A stretch of 64,000 bases of DNA from Syntrophales bacterium (lineage in GTDB: Bacteria; Desulfobacterota; Syntrophia; Syntrophales; PHBD01), in assembly GCA_963668175.1 (NCBI GenBank), contig OY764159.1, forward strand, positions 1,824,001 through 1,888,000. Reading direction: 5' to 3'. Under the pieces are notes generated by a model. The model did not search any database. It was not told the origin of the DNA and saw only the letters and a program-made list of their open reading frames with translations. Shown piece after piece: positions 39,809 through 50,904 of the stretch. Numbering within the stretch: the stretch's first letter is position 1; every line of letters begins with the position of its first letter. The translations under genes and the position numbers were made by a program.

Positions 39809-39824
39809 AACAAGAATCGTGCCA
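39809..39824 (-). promoter_or_regulatory. Sigma54-like promoter of the MCP gene
   Basis: Minus strand TGGCACG-ATTC-TTGTT about 40 bp upstream of the ATG (GT instead of GC at -12). Confidence 0.55.
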
Positions 39825-40070
39825 AAGATGAGGGGAAAGAATTACGATAAAGCGATGCAATTACAGATAGATATGGGACGCGTATCTCCCGGCGGAATCG
39901 CAGGAAGTGACATTATCGTTCCATCGGGCGGAAAACGGTTCAAAATAGGGAAATCCCGGAGGCGCCTCCGTGAAGCCTTTCCGGGTTCTCCGCCGAAGCA
40001 GGACCGCCGGCCCGCGCCGCTTGTCGAAAAACGCGATTTTCAGCACCCCGATGCGGGGGGGCACGGCCTG

Positions 40071-40982
40071 CTAGAACTCGGCTCCTCGGGAGAGGGTCCT
40101 GCGGGCTTCGTGGCTGATGGCGGCGGCCGCCGGGTGCACCAGCTTCCTTTCCACGGTGACCGCGTAGAAGCGCTGGCGCACGTCCTTGATCCTGCCTACG
40201 GTTTCCACCCGGTATTGGCGCTTCACGTCATCGATGATGGGGGAAGGGGTCGGAAAAAGGCCCATGCCCCGCTGCCCGAAGACGTTGAGGAGCGCCGTGT
40301 CGTCGAACTCTCCCGCAATCTGGGGCCGGATGTCGTTTTCCCTGAACCAGTGGTCGAGGGCGCGCCGGAGGGCCGTGGTCTCGCCCGGGAGGATCGTCGG
40401 GGCGCCGTCGAGGGAGGCGGGGAAGTTCTTCCGGAAACGGGCCGCCAGGTCTTTCCTCGCCATGAAGACGATGTCGCATTCGCCCAGGAGATGGTTGAAG
40501 GCCTTCACCTTGATGTGGGAACTGGCCGGGGCGTCCATGATGATTACGTCGAGCTCGTGCAGGGCCAGTTCGGCCAGCAGGCGTTCGGGCTTGTCCTCCC
40601 GGCAGACCAGGCGGATGGGGAAGGGGAGGCGGAAGGCCGGTTCGATCAGGTCGCAGGCGATCTGCTTGGGGACGACGTCGGCGACCCCGACGGTTACGCG
40701 CAGGGGCATCCCCCGGGGGCGGTCGTTCAGCGTGTCCTGCAATTCCCTCCCCAGTTTGAAGATTTCGTCGGCGTAGCGGTAGACCATGCGTCCCGTATCC
40801 GAGAGCATGAGCCGCCGGCCGCTCTTCACGAAGAGCTTCTGGTCGAGGGTATTCTCCAGGGCCCTGATCTGGCCGCTGATGGCGGATTGCGACAGATTCA
40901 GAGCGGCGCTGGCCCGCGCCAGGCTCCCTTCGCGCGCCACGGTCCAGAAATAGAGGAGGTGGTGGTAGTTCAGCCATTCCAT
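40071..40982 (-). CDS. nhaR: LysR-family transcriptional activator NhaR
   Basis: MEWLNYHHLLYFWTVAREGS, VGVADVVPK, HLLGEC, GEFDDTALL, ERKLVHPA. Confidence 0.88.
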   Translation of the reverse strand: MEWLNYHHLLYFWTVAREGSLARASAALNLSQSAISGQIRALENTLDQKLFVKSGRRLMLSDTGRMVYRYADEIFKLGRELQDTLNDRPRGMPLRVTVGVADVVPKQIACDLIEPAFRLPFPIRLVCREDKPERLLAELALHELDVIIMDAPASSHIKVKAFNHLLGECDIVFMARKDLAARFRKNFPASLDGAPTILPGETTALRRALDHWFRENDIRPQIAGEFDDTALLNVFGQRGMGLFPTPSPIIDDVKRQYRVETVGRIKDVRQRFYAVTVERKLVHPAAAAISHEARRTLSRGAEF

Positions 40983-41197
40983 GGATGGACTATACTTCCA
41001 GTAAATGGAAGTGTCAATACCAAATTACGTTATTGTGGAAATATGTGAAATCCGCTACCGTGCATGTCACGGGAAGAAGCCATTCAGACTCCCTTTCTCA
41101 CTTCCCGTCTCCGGACGTCGCTGCCGGCGTCCGGAGTCTCCCGAAACAACGACATGTGCCGTCCGGCAGCGGACGGACAACATGGAGGATATAAGGA

Positions 41198-42079
41198 ATG
41201 AATTGGATAAAGCGCATCTCTCTTTTTCTCTTCACGAATATCTTGATCATGGTCACGATTACCGTGATCCTGAACGTTCTGGGCGTCAAGCCCTACATCA
41301 ACGCCTACGGGCTCAACCTGGAGGCGCTCCTCGTCTTCTGCCTCGTCTGGGGCATGGCGGGGGCGTTCATCTCGCTCGTTCTGTCCCGGAAGATGGCGAA
41401 GTGGCTCATGGGCGTTCAGGTCATCGACGAGCGTGCCGCCGGGCCTTATGGCGATCTGCTGGAAACGGTGCGGGGCTTGAGCCGCGCGGCGGGCATTCCC
41501 ATGCCGGAAGTAGGCATCTATGAATCCCCGGAAGTGAACGCCTTCGCCACGGGCCCCACGAAGAGCCGATCCCTGGTCGCCGTCTCCACGGGACTGCTCC
41601 AGCGGATGACGCGGAACGAAATGGACGGCGTCCTGGCCCACGAAATATCCCATATCGCGAACGGCGACATGGTGACCATGACCCTGATTCAGGGCGTCGT
41701 CAACGCCTTCGCCATGTTTCTTTCCCGGATCGTCAGCTTCTTCATCGGCAGAATGGTGGACGAGAAGATGGAGGCGGTGGTCCGGTTCGTTTCCGTTATC
41801 GCCTTCGACATCCTGTTTTCGATACTGGGTTCGATCCTGGTCGCCTGGTTCTCGCGGCGGCGCGAATTCAGGGCCGATGCAGGCGGGGCTCGTTATGCCG
41901 GACGCGACAACATGATTGCGGCGCTTTCAAAACTGAAGGCGGCCTCCGTCATCGGCATCGACGACTCCGCCCCGGCCTTCGCCTCCCTCAAGATATCCGG
42001 GTCCCCGAAGTGGCTTTCCCTTTTTGCCACGCACCCGCCCCTGGACGACCGCATCGAGGCCCTCAGAAGGCCGGCGTAA
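41198..42079 (+). CDS. htpX: Membrane zinc metalloprotease HtpX
   Basis: RISLFLFTNI, NAFATGP, HEISHIANGDMVT (HEXXH), FSRRREFRAD, LFATHPPL. Confidence 0.93.
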   Translation: MNWIKRISLFLFTNILIMVTITVILNVLGVKPYINAYGLNLEALLVFCLVWGMAGAFISLVLSRKMAKWLMGVQVIDERAAGPYGDLLETVRGLSRAAGIPMPEVGIYESPEVNAFATGPTKSRSLVAVSTGLLQRMTRNEMDGVLAHEISHIANGDMVTMTLIQGVVNAFAMFLSRIVSFFIGRMVDEKMEAVVRFVSVIAFDILFSILGSILVAWFSRRREFRADAGGARYAGRDNMIAALSKLKAASVIGIDDSAPAFASLKISGSPKWLSLFATHPPLDDRIEALRRPA

Positions 42080-42088
42080 GGGATACCG

Positions 42089-43018
42089 ATGGAAATCGGC
42101 GTGTATGCGTGGGGCGGCTTCGTCCTCTTCGTCCTGGTCATGCTGGCGCTCGACCTCGGTGTCTTCAACCGCAAGGAGCACGAAGTGACGGTCAGGGAGG
42201 CCCTCCTCTGGACGGCCTTCTGGGTGTCCCTGGCCGCGGCCTTCTGCGGAGGCGTCTGGTATTTCCTCGGGCAGGAGAAGGCCCTGGAGTTCATGGCGGG
42301 CTACCTCATCGAGGAGTCCCTGAGCATGGACAACCTCTTCGTCTTTCTTCTCGTCTTCCGCTACTTCCGCGTTCCCCCGAAGTACGAGCACAAGGCCCTC
42401 TTCTGGGGGGTCCTGGGGGCGCTGGCGATGCGGGCGGTCTTCATCGTCCTCGGCGTGGCCCTCATCAACCGCTTCCACTGGATCGTCTATGGCTTCGGCG
42501 CCTTCCTCGTCGTCAGCGCCGTCAAGATGGCCCTGGAGAAGGATCGGGAAATCCACCCGGATAAGAACCCGCTTTTTATCCTTCTCCGGAAATTCCTGCC
42601 CGTTTCTCCCGGCTTCGAAGGCGGCAGGTTCTTCGTCCGCAGGGACGGCATGCTGACCGCGACGCCGCTTTTGGCAGTCGTTTTGGTCCTGGAGACGACG
42701 GACGTGATCTTCGCCGTCGATTCCATTCCGGCCGTGCTGGCCGTGACGCGCGATCCCTTTATCGTCTATACGTCCAACGCCTTCGCCATCCTGGGGCTCC
42801 GCTCCCTTTTCTTCGCCCTGGCCGGCATGATGCGCCTCTTCCACTACCTCCACTACGGCCTGGTCGCCGTTCTCCTGTTCGTCGGGGCCAAGATGCTGAT
42901 GTCCGGCTTTGTCCACATCCCGATCGCCGTCTCTCTCGCGGCGATTGCGGCCATCCTCGCCATTTCGGTGTGCGCCTCCCTGGTCTGGCCGCAGAATGGG
43001 AGCCGTGAGTCTGCGTAA
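42089..43018 (+). CDS. TerC/Alx family metal-homeostasis membrane protein
   Basis: MLALDLG, EESLSMDNLFVF, ETTDVIFAVDSIPAV, TSNAFAILGLRSL. Confidence 0.92.
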   Translation: MEIGVYAWGGFVLFVLVMLALDLGVFNRKEHEVTVREALLWTAFWVSLAAAFCGGVWYFLGQEKALEFMAGYLIEESLSMDNLFVFLLVFRYFRVPPKYEHKALFWGVLGALAMRAVFIVLGVALINRFHWIVYGFGAFLVVSAVKMALEKDREIHPDKNPLFILLRKFLPVSPGFEGGRFFVRRDGMLTATPLLAVVLVLETTDVIFAVDSIPAVLAVTRDPFIVYTSNAFAILGLRSLFFALAGMMRLFHYLHYGLVAVLLFVGAKMLMSGFVHIPIAVSLAAIAAILAISVCASLVWPQNGSRESA

Positions 43019-43277
43019 TGAACGGATAATAAAACATATATCCGTTATGGCGAACTGCCTGCCTTGCATACGAGGCGGACGGCGACTCCGCGCATCGCAT
43101 GTTAAACTATGCAATAAAATAATATAAATAACATGTTATGCTGATATTCGTCCGGCTTTTCCGAAAAGTAATCCCCACAGAATGTTCCTGACGCAAATGG
43201 CATGAATCTGGCTTTTCCATGATCATGGCCGACCGTTGCACGACCGGCCGCGAATCCATAAAGTTTACCGGAGAGGC

Positions 43278-46200
43278 ATGAAACCGAGAACAGGCGGATC
43301 ACAGAGGAAATCCACGGCACGAAAAAACGGCGGGGCAAAGGTCCGGATGGACAAGAACGGCAAACCGGATTGTCCGCCCGGACCGGAGACAGGATCGTGG
43401 AGCCGCGAAGACCGTTTTCTGGCCCTCATCCAGAACCTGACGGACATGATCATGGTCCTGGACGAGAAGGGTATCGTCACCTACGAATCCCCTTCCTGGG
43501 CGAAGACGATGGGATACGAAGAAGGGTATCTGGTCGGCAAATCGCCTTTTCCATTTATTCATCCTGAAGATATGGATCGGGCCCTGCAGGATTTGAACAG
43601 GGCGATGGAAGGCGAGATCGACGGCGTGCCCACGCTTGTCCGCTTTCGCAGGAAGGACGGCACCTGGGCTCTGCTCGAAGTCCTGGGCGACAATCTGTAC
43701 AAGCACCCCGCCGTTCGCGGCCTCGTCGTTACGGCCCGGGAGGTCAGCGAACGCTTAAAGACCCAGGAAGCACTCCTCGAAATGGAGGAACGGTACCGGC
43801 TCCTGATGAACGCGACACGGGACATCATCTATACGGTATCGCCCGGATTGGAGGTCGTATCCGTTTCTCCCAGCATTGAAGCCGCTCTCGGGTACAAATC
43901 GGAAGAGGTCGTCGGCAGGCGAATTCTGGAACTGCCGATCCTTCATGTCGACGACCGGGACCTTGCCGCGGCCGAACTGAAGAAGGCCTTCGCCGGCCAG
44001 AGCGTCGGTCCCACGGAATTCCGGATGGTGGCCAAAGACGGCACCGTCAGATATGCGGAAATCGTCGGTACGCCGCTCATTCGCGGCGGGGAAGTCATCG
44101 GCTGCACAAGTATCGCCCGGAACATCACGGGAAAGAAGAATGCGGAAGAAGCCCTCCGCAAGAGCGAGGAAAAGTACCGGAGCATGATCGACAACATGGA
44201 CACCGGCTACTTCGAAGTCGACATGAGGGGGGACGTTAAATTCATGAACCGCGCTCTTAAGGGCTATCTCGGCTACGAGGAAAAAGACGTTGTCGATCTC
44301 AACTACAAGGATTTCATAGAGGAGGAAGAGGCCAGAAGGATCAGGGAGGTCTTCGGCGAGTGCTACCGGACCGGACGGCCCCGGGCCAATTTTCTCTGGA
44401 ATTATTTCATGAAGGACGGATCGAAGGCCTCGGCCGTTTCCTCCGTCTTTCCCATCCGTGACGACCAGGGCAAGATTGTCGGGTTTCGCGGCACCGTGAG
44501 GGACATTACCGAATTAAGGCAGATGCAGACGGCCCTTCAGGAGCGCGAGGAGACCTTCCGCGCCCTGACGGAGAACTCCCTCGACACCATCATGAGGTTC
44601 AACGGCGAATGCCGGCACCTCTATGTCAATCCCGCGACTGAAAAACTGACCGGTTTACCTCCGGAGCGCTTCATCGGCTGGACGCACAAGGAACTGGGAT
44701 TTCCACCCGATTTGTGCGTCGTATGGGAGGATGCCATCAAAAAAGTGTTCGCTTCCGGAAAATCCCACCGCATCGAGTTCATGCTGCCGGACGAGATCTG
44801 GATCGACTGGCTTCTCGTTCCCGAATTCACCGTCGAGGGAAAGGTCAAGGCGGTGATTGCTTCCGCCCGAGACATCACGGCCCATAAAGAGATCGAGCAT
44901 ACCTTGAAGGAGTCGGAGAAACGCCTCGCCAATATCATCGACTTTCTCCCCGATGCGACCATGGTCGTCGATCGGAGCAAGAAAGTCATTGCCTGGAACC
45001 GGGCCATGGAGAAGATGACCGGCGTACGTCACGAGGATATGATCGGCAAGGGCGATTACGAGTATGCCTATCCCTTTTACGGCGTCAGGAAGCCCATCCT
45101 CGTGGATCTGGCCCTGGCTCCGGACGGCGCGGCGGAGAGGGAGTATGCGGGCGTCTATCGAGAAGACGAACACGTCTTCGGGGAAACCCATATCCTGAAC
45201 ATGCAGAACCGGGAGGTCTATCTGTGGGGCGTGGCTTCGCCCCTCCGCAATTCCCGCGGGGAGATCGTCGGCGCCATCGAATCGATCCGCGACATCACGG
45301 ACCGCAAGCGCGTGGAAAAGGAACTCCAGACCGCCAAGGAGATTGCCGACAGCGCCAGCCATGCCAAGGGGGAATTCCTGGCGAATATGAGCCATGAGAT
45401 CAGGACCCCCCTGAACGCCATCATCGGCTTGAGCGAACTGGCCATGGAGATGGATCTGGACGAAGAAAAAATCGGGGTTTTCCTGGTTATCAACAACGAG
45501 GCGGAACATCTCCTGAGTCTGGTCAACGACGTCCTCGATTTTTCGAAAATAGAGGCGGGACGGATGGAGCTGGAAGACATTCCCTTCGATCTCGCCTACC
45601 TGGTGGACAACCTGGCCGAGACTTTCGCCTATCAGGCGGTGCAGAAGGGACTCGAATTCCTCTCTTACATCGATCCGGAGACGCCCCTGAATCTCGTCGG
45701 CGATCCGGGACGCCTGCGCCAGGTCCTGACGAACCTGGTCGGCAACGCCCTCAAGTTCACGCAGGAGGGAAGGGTTTATCTCCAGGTACGGACGCAGGAC
45801 CGTGACGAATGGCAGACCACGATCCGCTTCGCAATCGAAGATACGGGCATCGGCATCCCGCCGGAAATGCAGGAGGCCGTCTTTCAAAGCTTCACCCAGG
45901 CGGACGGATCGACGACGCGCAAATATGGAGGCACCGGGCTGGGGACGTCGATCTCCAAGAACCTGGTCGAGATGATGGGCGGAAAGATCGGCGTAAAGAG
46001 CGAGCTGGGTCGGGGCAGTACCTTCTGGTTCGAAATTCCATTCGCCGTCCAGTCCGATGCGAAAGAGAGCCGCGCGAAAGAATTGCCCGATTTCAATGGG
46101 CTTAGGGTCATGATCGTGGACAATAAACCGATCAACCGTTTCATTCTCCGGGAATACCTCCGTTCGTGGGGATGCCTGACAACCGAAGCCGGCGACGGCG

Positions 46201-47351
46201 GGGAAGCTCTGGCTAAGATGAAGGATGCCGCCCGCACGGGAGAGCGGCCGCAACTGGCCGTCGTCGATTTTCAGATGCCCGGCATGGACGGCTTCGATTT
46301 CGCCCGGACCGCCAAGAGCGACCCCGACATTGCCGATACGCATATCATCCTGATTACGTCCGCCGTGAGACGGGGAGACGGAATGAACTGCCGCGATCTC
46401 GGGATTTCCGGCTACCTGGCGAAGCCGGTCAAAAGGTCGGACCTTTATCGCGTCGTCCGCTCCGTCCTTGCCCTGCCCGCGGGCGGTATTGCCCCGGAAG
46501 AGGCGATCCCGGTCACCCGGCACAGTGCCGCCGAGGCGGCCGGGAAAAAGCTGCGTGTCCTGGTCGCTGAGGATTACCCCGCGAACAGGCGGATTGCCGT
46601 CAGGCACCTTGAAGGTGCCGGCTATGCGGTAGATGCCGTGGAGAACGGCCTTTTGGCCGTCGAGGCCTGGATGGCAAACGATTACGACCTGATCCTGATG
46701 GATGTGCAGATGCCCGTCATGGACGGCTATGACGCGGTGCGGAAAATCAGGGCCCTGGAAGCCGGAACGAGCGGGAAGAGTACGTCAACGACCGCCGAGA
46801 GCCGGAAGCGGACGCCCATCATCGCCATGACCGCCCATGCCCTGAAGGACTACCTCGACCGCTGCCTGGAAGTCGGGATGGACGATTATCTGACCAAGCC
46901 CGTCAAGGGGAGCAAGCTGATCGAGGCCGTCGAAAAATGGGCGCGGTCGGATCTTCCCGCGGGGGCAGGCTGTACGGGCGAGACGGCTGAAGAGCGAAAG
47001 GATGCTTCCAAGGCCGTTTTCGACTATGTGCAGGCCGTCAGGGAGTTTTACGGAGACAAGGCGTTTCTCGCCGACGTCGCCCGGGAGTTTCTGGGGAAGG
47101 TGGACTCCCAGATCTCCCTGCTTCGCGAATACGCGGGCACCGGCGAAAGCGAGCAACTTGGGCGCGAGGCGCATGCCATGAAAGGCGGAGCGGCCAACCT
47201 GACGGCCATGGCGCTGGCCGAGGCCGCCCGCCGTCTGGAACAGATCGGCAAGTCGGGCAGGCTTTCGGAGGCGCCGCCGGCCCTGGACGACCTGGAAAAG
47301 GCCTTTGCCGACCTGAAAACGGAACTGGCCCATTGGGACATCGTCGCTTGA
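43278..47351 (+). CDS. Cytoplasmic hybrid histidine kinase (5xPAS-HisKA-HATPase-REC-REC-HPt)
   Basis: Five PAS repeats, [25 protein letters not shown], two receivers, [11 protein letters not shown]. Start is 43278 or 43347. Confidence 0.9.
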   Translation: MKPRTGGSQRKSTARKNGGAKVRMDKNGKPDCPPGPETGSWSREDRFLALIQNLTDMIMVLDEKGIVTYESPSWAKTMGYEEGYLVGKSPFPFIHPEDMDRALQDLNRAMEGEIDGVPTLVRFRRKDGTWALLEVLGDNLYKHPAVRGLVVTAREVSERLKTQEALLEMEERYRLLMNATRDIIYTVSPGLEVVSVSPSIEAALGYKSEEVVGRRILELPILHVDDRDLAAAELKKAFAGQSVGPTEFRMVAKDGTVRYAEIVGTPLIRGGEVIGCTSIARNITGKKNAEEALRKSEEKYRSMIDNMDTGYFEVDMRGDVKFMNRALKGYLGYEEKDVVDLNYKDFIEEEEARRIREVFGECYRTGRPRANFLWNYFMKDGSKASAVSSVFPIRDDQGKIVGFRGTVRDITELRQMQTALQEREETFRALTENSLDTIMRFNGECRHLYVNPATEKLTGLPPERFIGWTHKELGFPPDLCVVWEDAIKKVFASGKSHRIEFMLPDEIWIDWLLVPEFTVEGKVKAVIASARDITAHKEIEHTLKESEKRLANIIDFLPDATMVVDRSKKVIAWNRAMEKMTGVRHEDMIGKGDYEYAYPFYGVRKPILVDLALAPDGAAEREYAGVYREDEHVFGETHILNMQNREVYLWGVASPLRNSRGEIVGAIESIRDITDRKRVEKELQTAKEIADSASHAKGEFLANMSHEIRTPLNAIIGLSELAMEMDLDEEKIGVFLVINNEAEHLLSLVNDVLDFSKIEAGRMELEDIPFDLAYLVDNLAETFAYQAVQKGLEFLSYIDPETPLNLVGDPGRLRQVLTNLVGNALKFTQEGRVYLQVRTQDRDEWQTTIRFAIEDTGIGIPPEMQEAVFQSFTQADGSTTRKYGGTGLGTSISKNLVEMMGGKIGVKSELGRGSTFWFEIPFAVQSDAKESRAKELPDFNGLRVMIVDNKPINRFILREYLRSWGCLTTEAGDGGEALAKMKDAARTGERPQLAVVDFQMPGMDGFDFARTAKSDPDIADTHIILITSAVRRGDGMNCRDLGISGYLAKPVKRSDLYRVVRSVLALPAGGIAPEEAIPVTRHSAAEAAGKKLRVLVAEDYPANRRIAVRHLEGAGYAVDAVENGLLAVEAWMANDYDLILMDVQMPVMDGYDAVRKIRALEAGTSGKSTSTTAESRKRTPIIAMTAHALKDYLDRCLEVGMDDYLTKPVKGSKLIEAVEKWARSDLPAGAGCTGETAEERKDASKAVFDYVQAVREFYGDKAFLADVAREFLGKVDSQISLLREYAGTGESEQLGREAHAMKGGAANLTAMALAEAARRLEQIGKSGRLSEAPPALDDLEKAFADLKTELAHWDIVA

Positions 47352-47401
47352 CGGTTTACGGCTGCTGACGGCGTTCGGGATTTCCCGAGAGGTGACGGGA
47401 T

Positions 47402-47797
47402 ATGAGAATACTGGTTGTGGACGACGAATCCGTGAGCCGGCGGAAACTCCAGTTCATTATGAAGAATTTCGGGCGATGCGACCAGGTGGAAAACGGCCGC
47501 CAGGCCGTCGAGGCCTTTGTCAAGGCGTGGGAGGAATGGGCCCCTTACGACCTGATCGCTCTCGATCTGGTCATGCCCGAGATGAACGGCGATGATGCGC
47601 TCCTTGAAATCAGGGCCCTGGAGAACAGGAAGAACGTGCCCGAGGACAGGCGGGTCAAAGTCATTATGATCACGGCGCAATCCAACAAGGATACGATCGT
47701 CACCTGCGTCCAGCTTGGATGCAACGACTTCATTTCCAAACCGTTCGATCCGCAGATCGTCGAGGAGAAGCTGCGCAAATACTTCCCCCAGCTGTGA
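47402..47797 (+). CDS. Single-domain response regulator (CheY-like)
   Basis: ILVVDDE, LDLVMPEMNG, MITA, FISKPF. Confidence 0.9.
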   Translation: MRILVVDDESVSRRKLQFIMKNFGRCDQVENGRQAVEAFVKAWEEWAPYDLIALDLVMPEMNGDDALLEIRALENRKNVPEDRRVKVIMITAQSNKDTIVTCVQLGCNDFISKPFDPQIVEEKLRKYFPQL

Positions 47798-47827
47798 TCC
47801 CGAAGTGCAGCGTTCGCCCGCGCCCCT

Positions 47828-48460
47828 CTATTGCTTAACGGAGAAGTACTTCAGGATGATCTGCAGGATGGAAGGGAAGTCGGTCACGCTGGAATCGGCG
47901 CACAGGTGGAAATTCTCCGCGTCCCGCCAGTGTACGCCGATGATGTCCCTGACGAACTTCGCCCGCCTCTGGTCCGATTCCGTTATCATGGCCCGGACTT
48001 CCTTGTAGTCGGCATTTCCCCGGACTTTCATCATGCGCCTGATCCGGAATTCCAGCGGGGCGTGGATAAAGACGCGCAGGACCTCCGGCCGGTCTTTGAG
48101 GGCGAAAAACGCCCCCCGGCCGACGATCACGGCGCCGAACCGGTCCACGATGCCGTTCATGATCTTCGATTCCAGGAGGAACAGGTCTCTGTCGTAGACG
48201 GGTTTTACCGCGGGAGGGGCGAATGTCGTCTCGGGGGAGCCGAAGGAAAACATCTTCATGATATTCTCCACGATGCCCGACGATTTTTCCTCCTGGTGCG
48301 CCAGGACCGCCGAATCCACGCCCAGGCGGAGCGACGCCTCGCGGAGGATTTCGCGGTCCAGGTACCGGAAGCCGAGTTCCTTGGCGGCGAGGTAGCCGAT
48401 GTAGGTGCCGCCGCTGCCCATCTGCCTGGAGATCACGAGGGATTTGAATGGTTCCGCCAT
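47828..48460 (-). CDS. Cytidylate kinase-like family protein
   Basis: VISRQMGSGG, YLDREIL, VIVGRGA, RVFIHAPLEFRIRR, ESDQRRAKF. Confidence 0.85.
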   Translation of the reverse strand: MAEPFKSLVISRQMGSGGTYIGYLAAKELGFRYLDREILREASLRLGVDSAVLAHQEEKSSGIVENIMKMFSFGSPETTFAPPAVKPVYDRDLFLLESKIMNGIVDRFGAVIVGRGAFFALKDRPEVLRVFIHAPLEFRIRRMMKVRGNADYKEVRAMITESDQRRAKFVRDIIGVHWRDAENFHLCADSSVTDFPSILQIILKYFSVKQ

Positions 48461-48832
48461 ACGCCGTCCCTGTCATGTATGCTGAAATTTGCGCCGTTGA
48501 TCGATTCTTAACAGAAAGATCGTGAAAAGGGAAACCCAAAAAGCGCTCGTGTTTGAATCAGCCGTAACCGTTTGAAAAGAGGGTCCTCGCCTCCCGATTC
48601 AAGCCTTTCATCTACTGTGAGATGCGGATTCGCGTGAGATGCGCAGGACCGGAGGGCCTGATGCCGTCGGGCATTCCTGTTTTTGTCGGGATTGTTTCCG
48701 GGGCAGGCAAGCGGGATCGGGCCGCAGGGCAGGAGGTAGGGGGAGAAGCTCGGGGAAGCTCAAACCCTTTTCAACCAAGGAGGTCGCCCCGCGGCCCGGT
48801 CGCCGTCGTTCATTCGGTATCCTTTTGTATGT

Positions 48833-50579
48833 CTATTGCGGCTTGGGCGTCTGCGCCGGCTGGGGGGCGGACATCTTGTAGGCCACGAAGACGCTCTTCT
48901 CCCCGAAAGCCCGGCCCGTCGAGAGAACGAGCGCCATCACGATCTCCTTCTCCCCGTCGTTGTCCACGTCCTTGAACTGGTAGTCCGCCACGTAGCCGTT
49001 GATCTTCCGCGTCCGCCAGTTCTCCACCAGGCCCAGACCGTCCCATTCCATGTTGTAGATCTCGCTGGACGTGTAGATCCGGACCTTCTTCAGGAAGTTG
49101 CCGCCCGGGGAGATGTTCTTCACGATGATGATCTCCTTCTTCCCGTCCCCGTTCGTGTCGTATGTCAGAATCCGGGCGTTCATGAAGGCCCGCTGGTCCT
49201 CCGTCGCCCCCCCCCGTCGTCTCCTGGCCGACGTAATCGACGTAGAGGTTGCTCCCGCCGAAGATCTCGTCGCTCTTGTAGAGCAGCTCCTTCGGTCCGC
49301 CGAAGACCCGCAGCTTGTCGATCACCATGTCCGTCGGCGTATAGATGCACAGATAGTCGTAGTCGTCGAGAGCGATGATCCTCTCCGGACCCCCCGCCTC
49401 GATCGCGTCGATCGTGAAGTTATACACCGAAAGCCCCAGCGGAACGGTCATCTTCTTCCCTTCCTTCAGCTTGCCCCCCTCCCAGACCATCTCGTAGATG
49501 GGCGTGCTGAAGGGACGGTCCACGCCGAACCGCTGCCCCATCAGCTTGACGCCGCCGGGGGTCTCGATCGCCCGGAAAAACCAGGGCAGGCGCGTCGCCA
49601 GTTCCACGAATTTCCCGTTCTTCCATTCCAGGACAAAGGATTCCAGGGCGTTGTTCTTGAGGAGATTGGTCACGACGATCTCCTGGCGCTTGTCCTGGAA
49701 AAGATCGACGACATCGACGGCAATGTAGTTGTCGCTCATCTTCCCCTGGATCTTCTGGATCATCCTGAAATCCGAGCCCTTCTTCTGGAATATCCGGATC
49801 GAGTTGCGGTCGATGGCGACGATCTCGTTCAGGCCGTCGCCGTTCACGTCGCCGACGGCCATCCCTCTGAATTCGGTGGGATAACCCTCGCTCATCCAGA
49901 ATCCCTTCCGGTCCACGGGCTGGAAGGCGTTGATGAAATCGGGATTGATGGCCGCGGTCATGGTCCCCTTGGACGATTTTCTGATCCCCGCGATGACCTC
50001 CGATTCCCGGGCCGCAGGCGTAACAGCCGGGGCCGCAGCCGCCGGTGCCGCCGCTGCCGCAGCAGGGGCCGGTGCCGCGGGGGCCGGGGCCGCCGCAACA
50101 GCGCCGCCCATGATCCTATCAACCACTTTCTGGGAAAAATCGTTGATCTTGGGAATCACTTCGTCCATGCCGTGGCACAGGGCCGACGCCCCGAATGCCG
50201 ATTGATATTTCCCCACGTCCATCAGCTTCCCGTCGATGCTCAGGTTGTTGCCGATCTTCGAGATGCTCCCCCAGACGACGTAATCCGCCTTCATCTGCTT
50301 ACCCAGGGCATAGACATCGGCTTCCGAAAGCTGCTTGACCCCTTTGGGCTTCAGGGCGTCCGAAACCTTGTCCTTGGCCAGGACCGTGATGTTGCCGCCG
50401 GCCGAGACGCGGATGGAAATCATGTCCCAGACGGACTGCTGAATCCAGTCGATGTTCTCGCTGCTGTGCGTGGCGAAAGGCAGCACCATCACGCTCCTGG
50501 TGTCTACCGCCCACACCTTTCCGAATGCCAATACCAATACAAGCATCAATGTGCCGATGATCCATCTGCCGGTCTTCAT
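48833..50579 (-). CDS. Secreted FG-GAP/VCBS-repeat protein with TolB-N/CsgG-like N-terminal domain; frameshifted at a G9 tract (49207-49215)
   Basis: Signal peptide, VMVLPF...ADYVVWGSISKIG domain, Ala/Pro linker, repeats GDVNGDGLNEIV, YDTNGDGKKEII, KDVDNDGEKEIV. The last two repeats are in the 48833-49183 frame, which joins if one G is removed. Confidence 0.75.
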
Positions 50580-50904
50580 GGTAAGCCGTCTCCTTTGTTT
50601 CGCGATGAGACCGGGTATCGACTTCCTCTCCCGATCAGGCGTAACGATATTGTAATGTATTCTGAAACGTAAAATGCTGTCCCCGAGGGAATTGCAAGAA
50701 GCGAACCAGTCGGGACGTGTTTTGCAACCCGTTCAATATATGGGCGAAATCTGACGCGGCCGGCCGGTGCGGCCGTTTTCAGGGCATTCGAACGGGTAGA
50801 ATGTATCCACTTCGGGGTATCCAGTTGTATATTAAGTATCCAGGCGAAGGGGGGACTTTCGACGGGTGGAGCGACCGTGCCGGGGGTGCGGGAGGGGTGG
50901 CGCT

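Noticed and set aside
43021..43063. Minus-strand GTTCGCCATAACGG resembles a fluoride riboswitch core
   Set aside because: It lacks the 5' GGCGATGG pairing strand and the 3' pseudoknot segment, and points antisense into terC.
37564..43092. Similar 20-mers GAGGGCGGCGGCGACTCCGC (~37565) and GAGGCGGACGGCGACTCCGC (~43072)
   Set aside because: Only two imperfect GC-rich copies; cannot be distinguished from chance without a genome-wide count.
50020..50110. GC-rich short repeats (gccgc/ggggcc)
   Set aside because: They encode the Ala/Pro linker of the FG-GAP protein; not a CRISPR array or mobile repeat.
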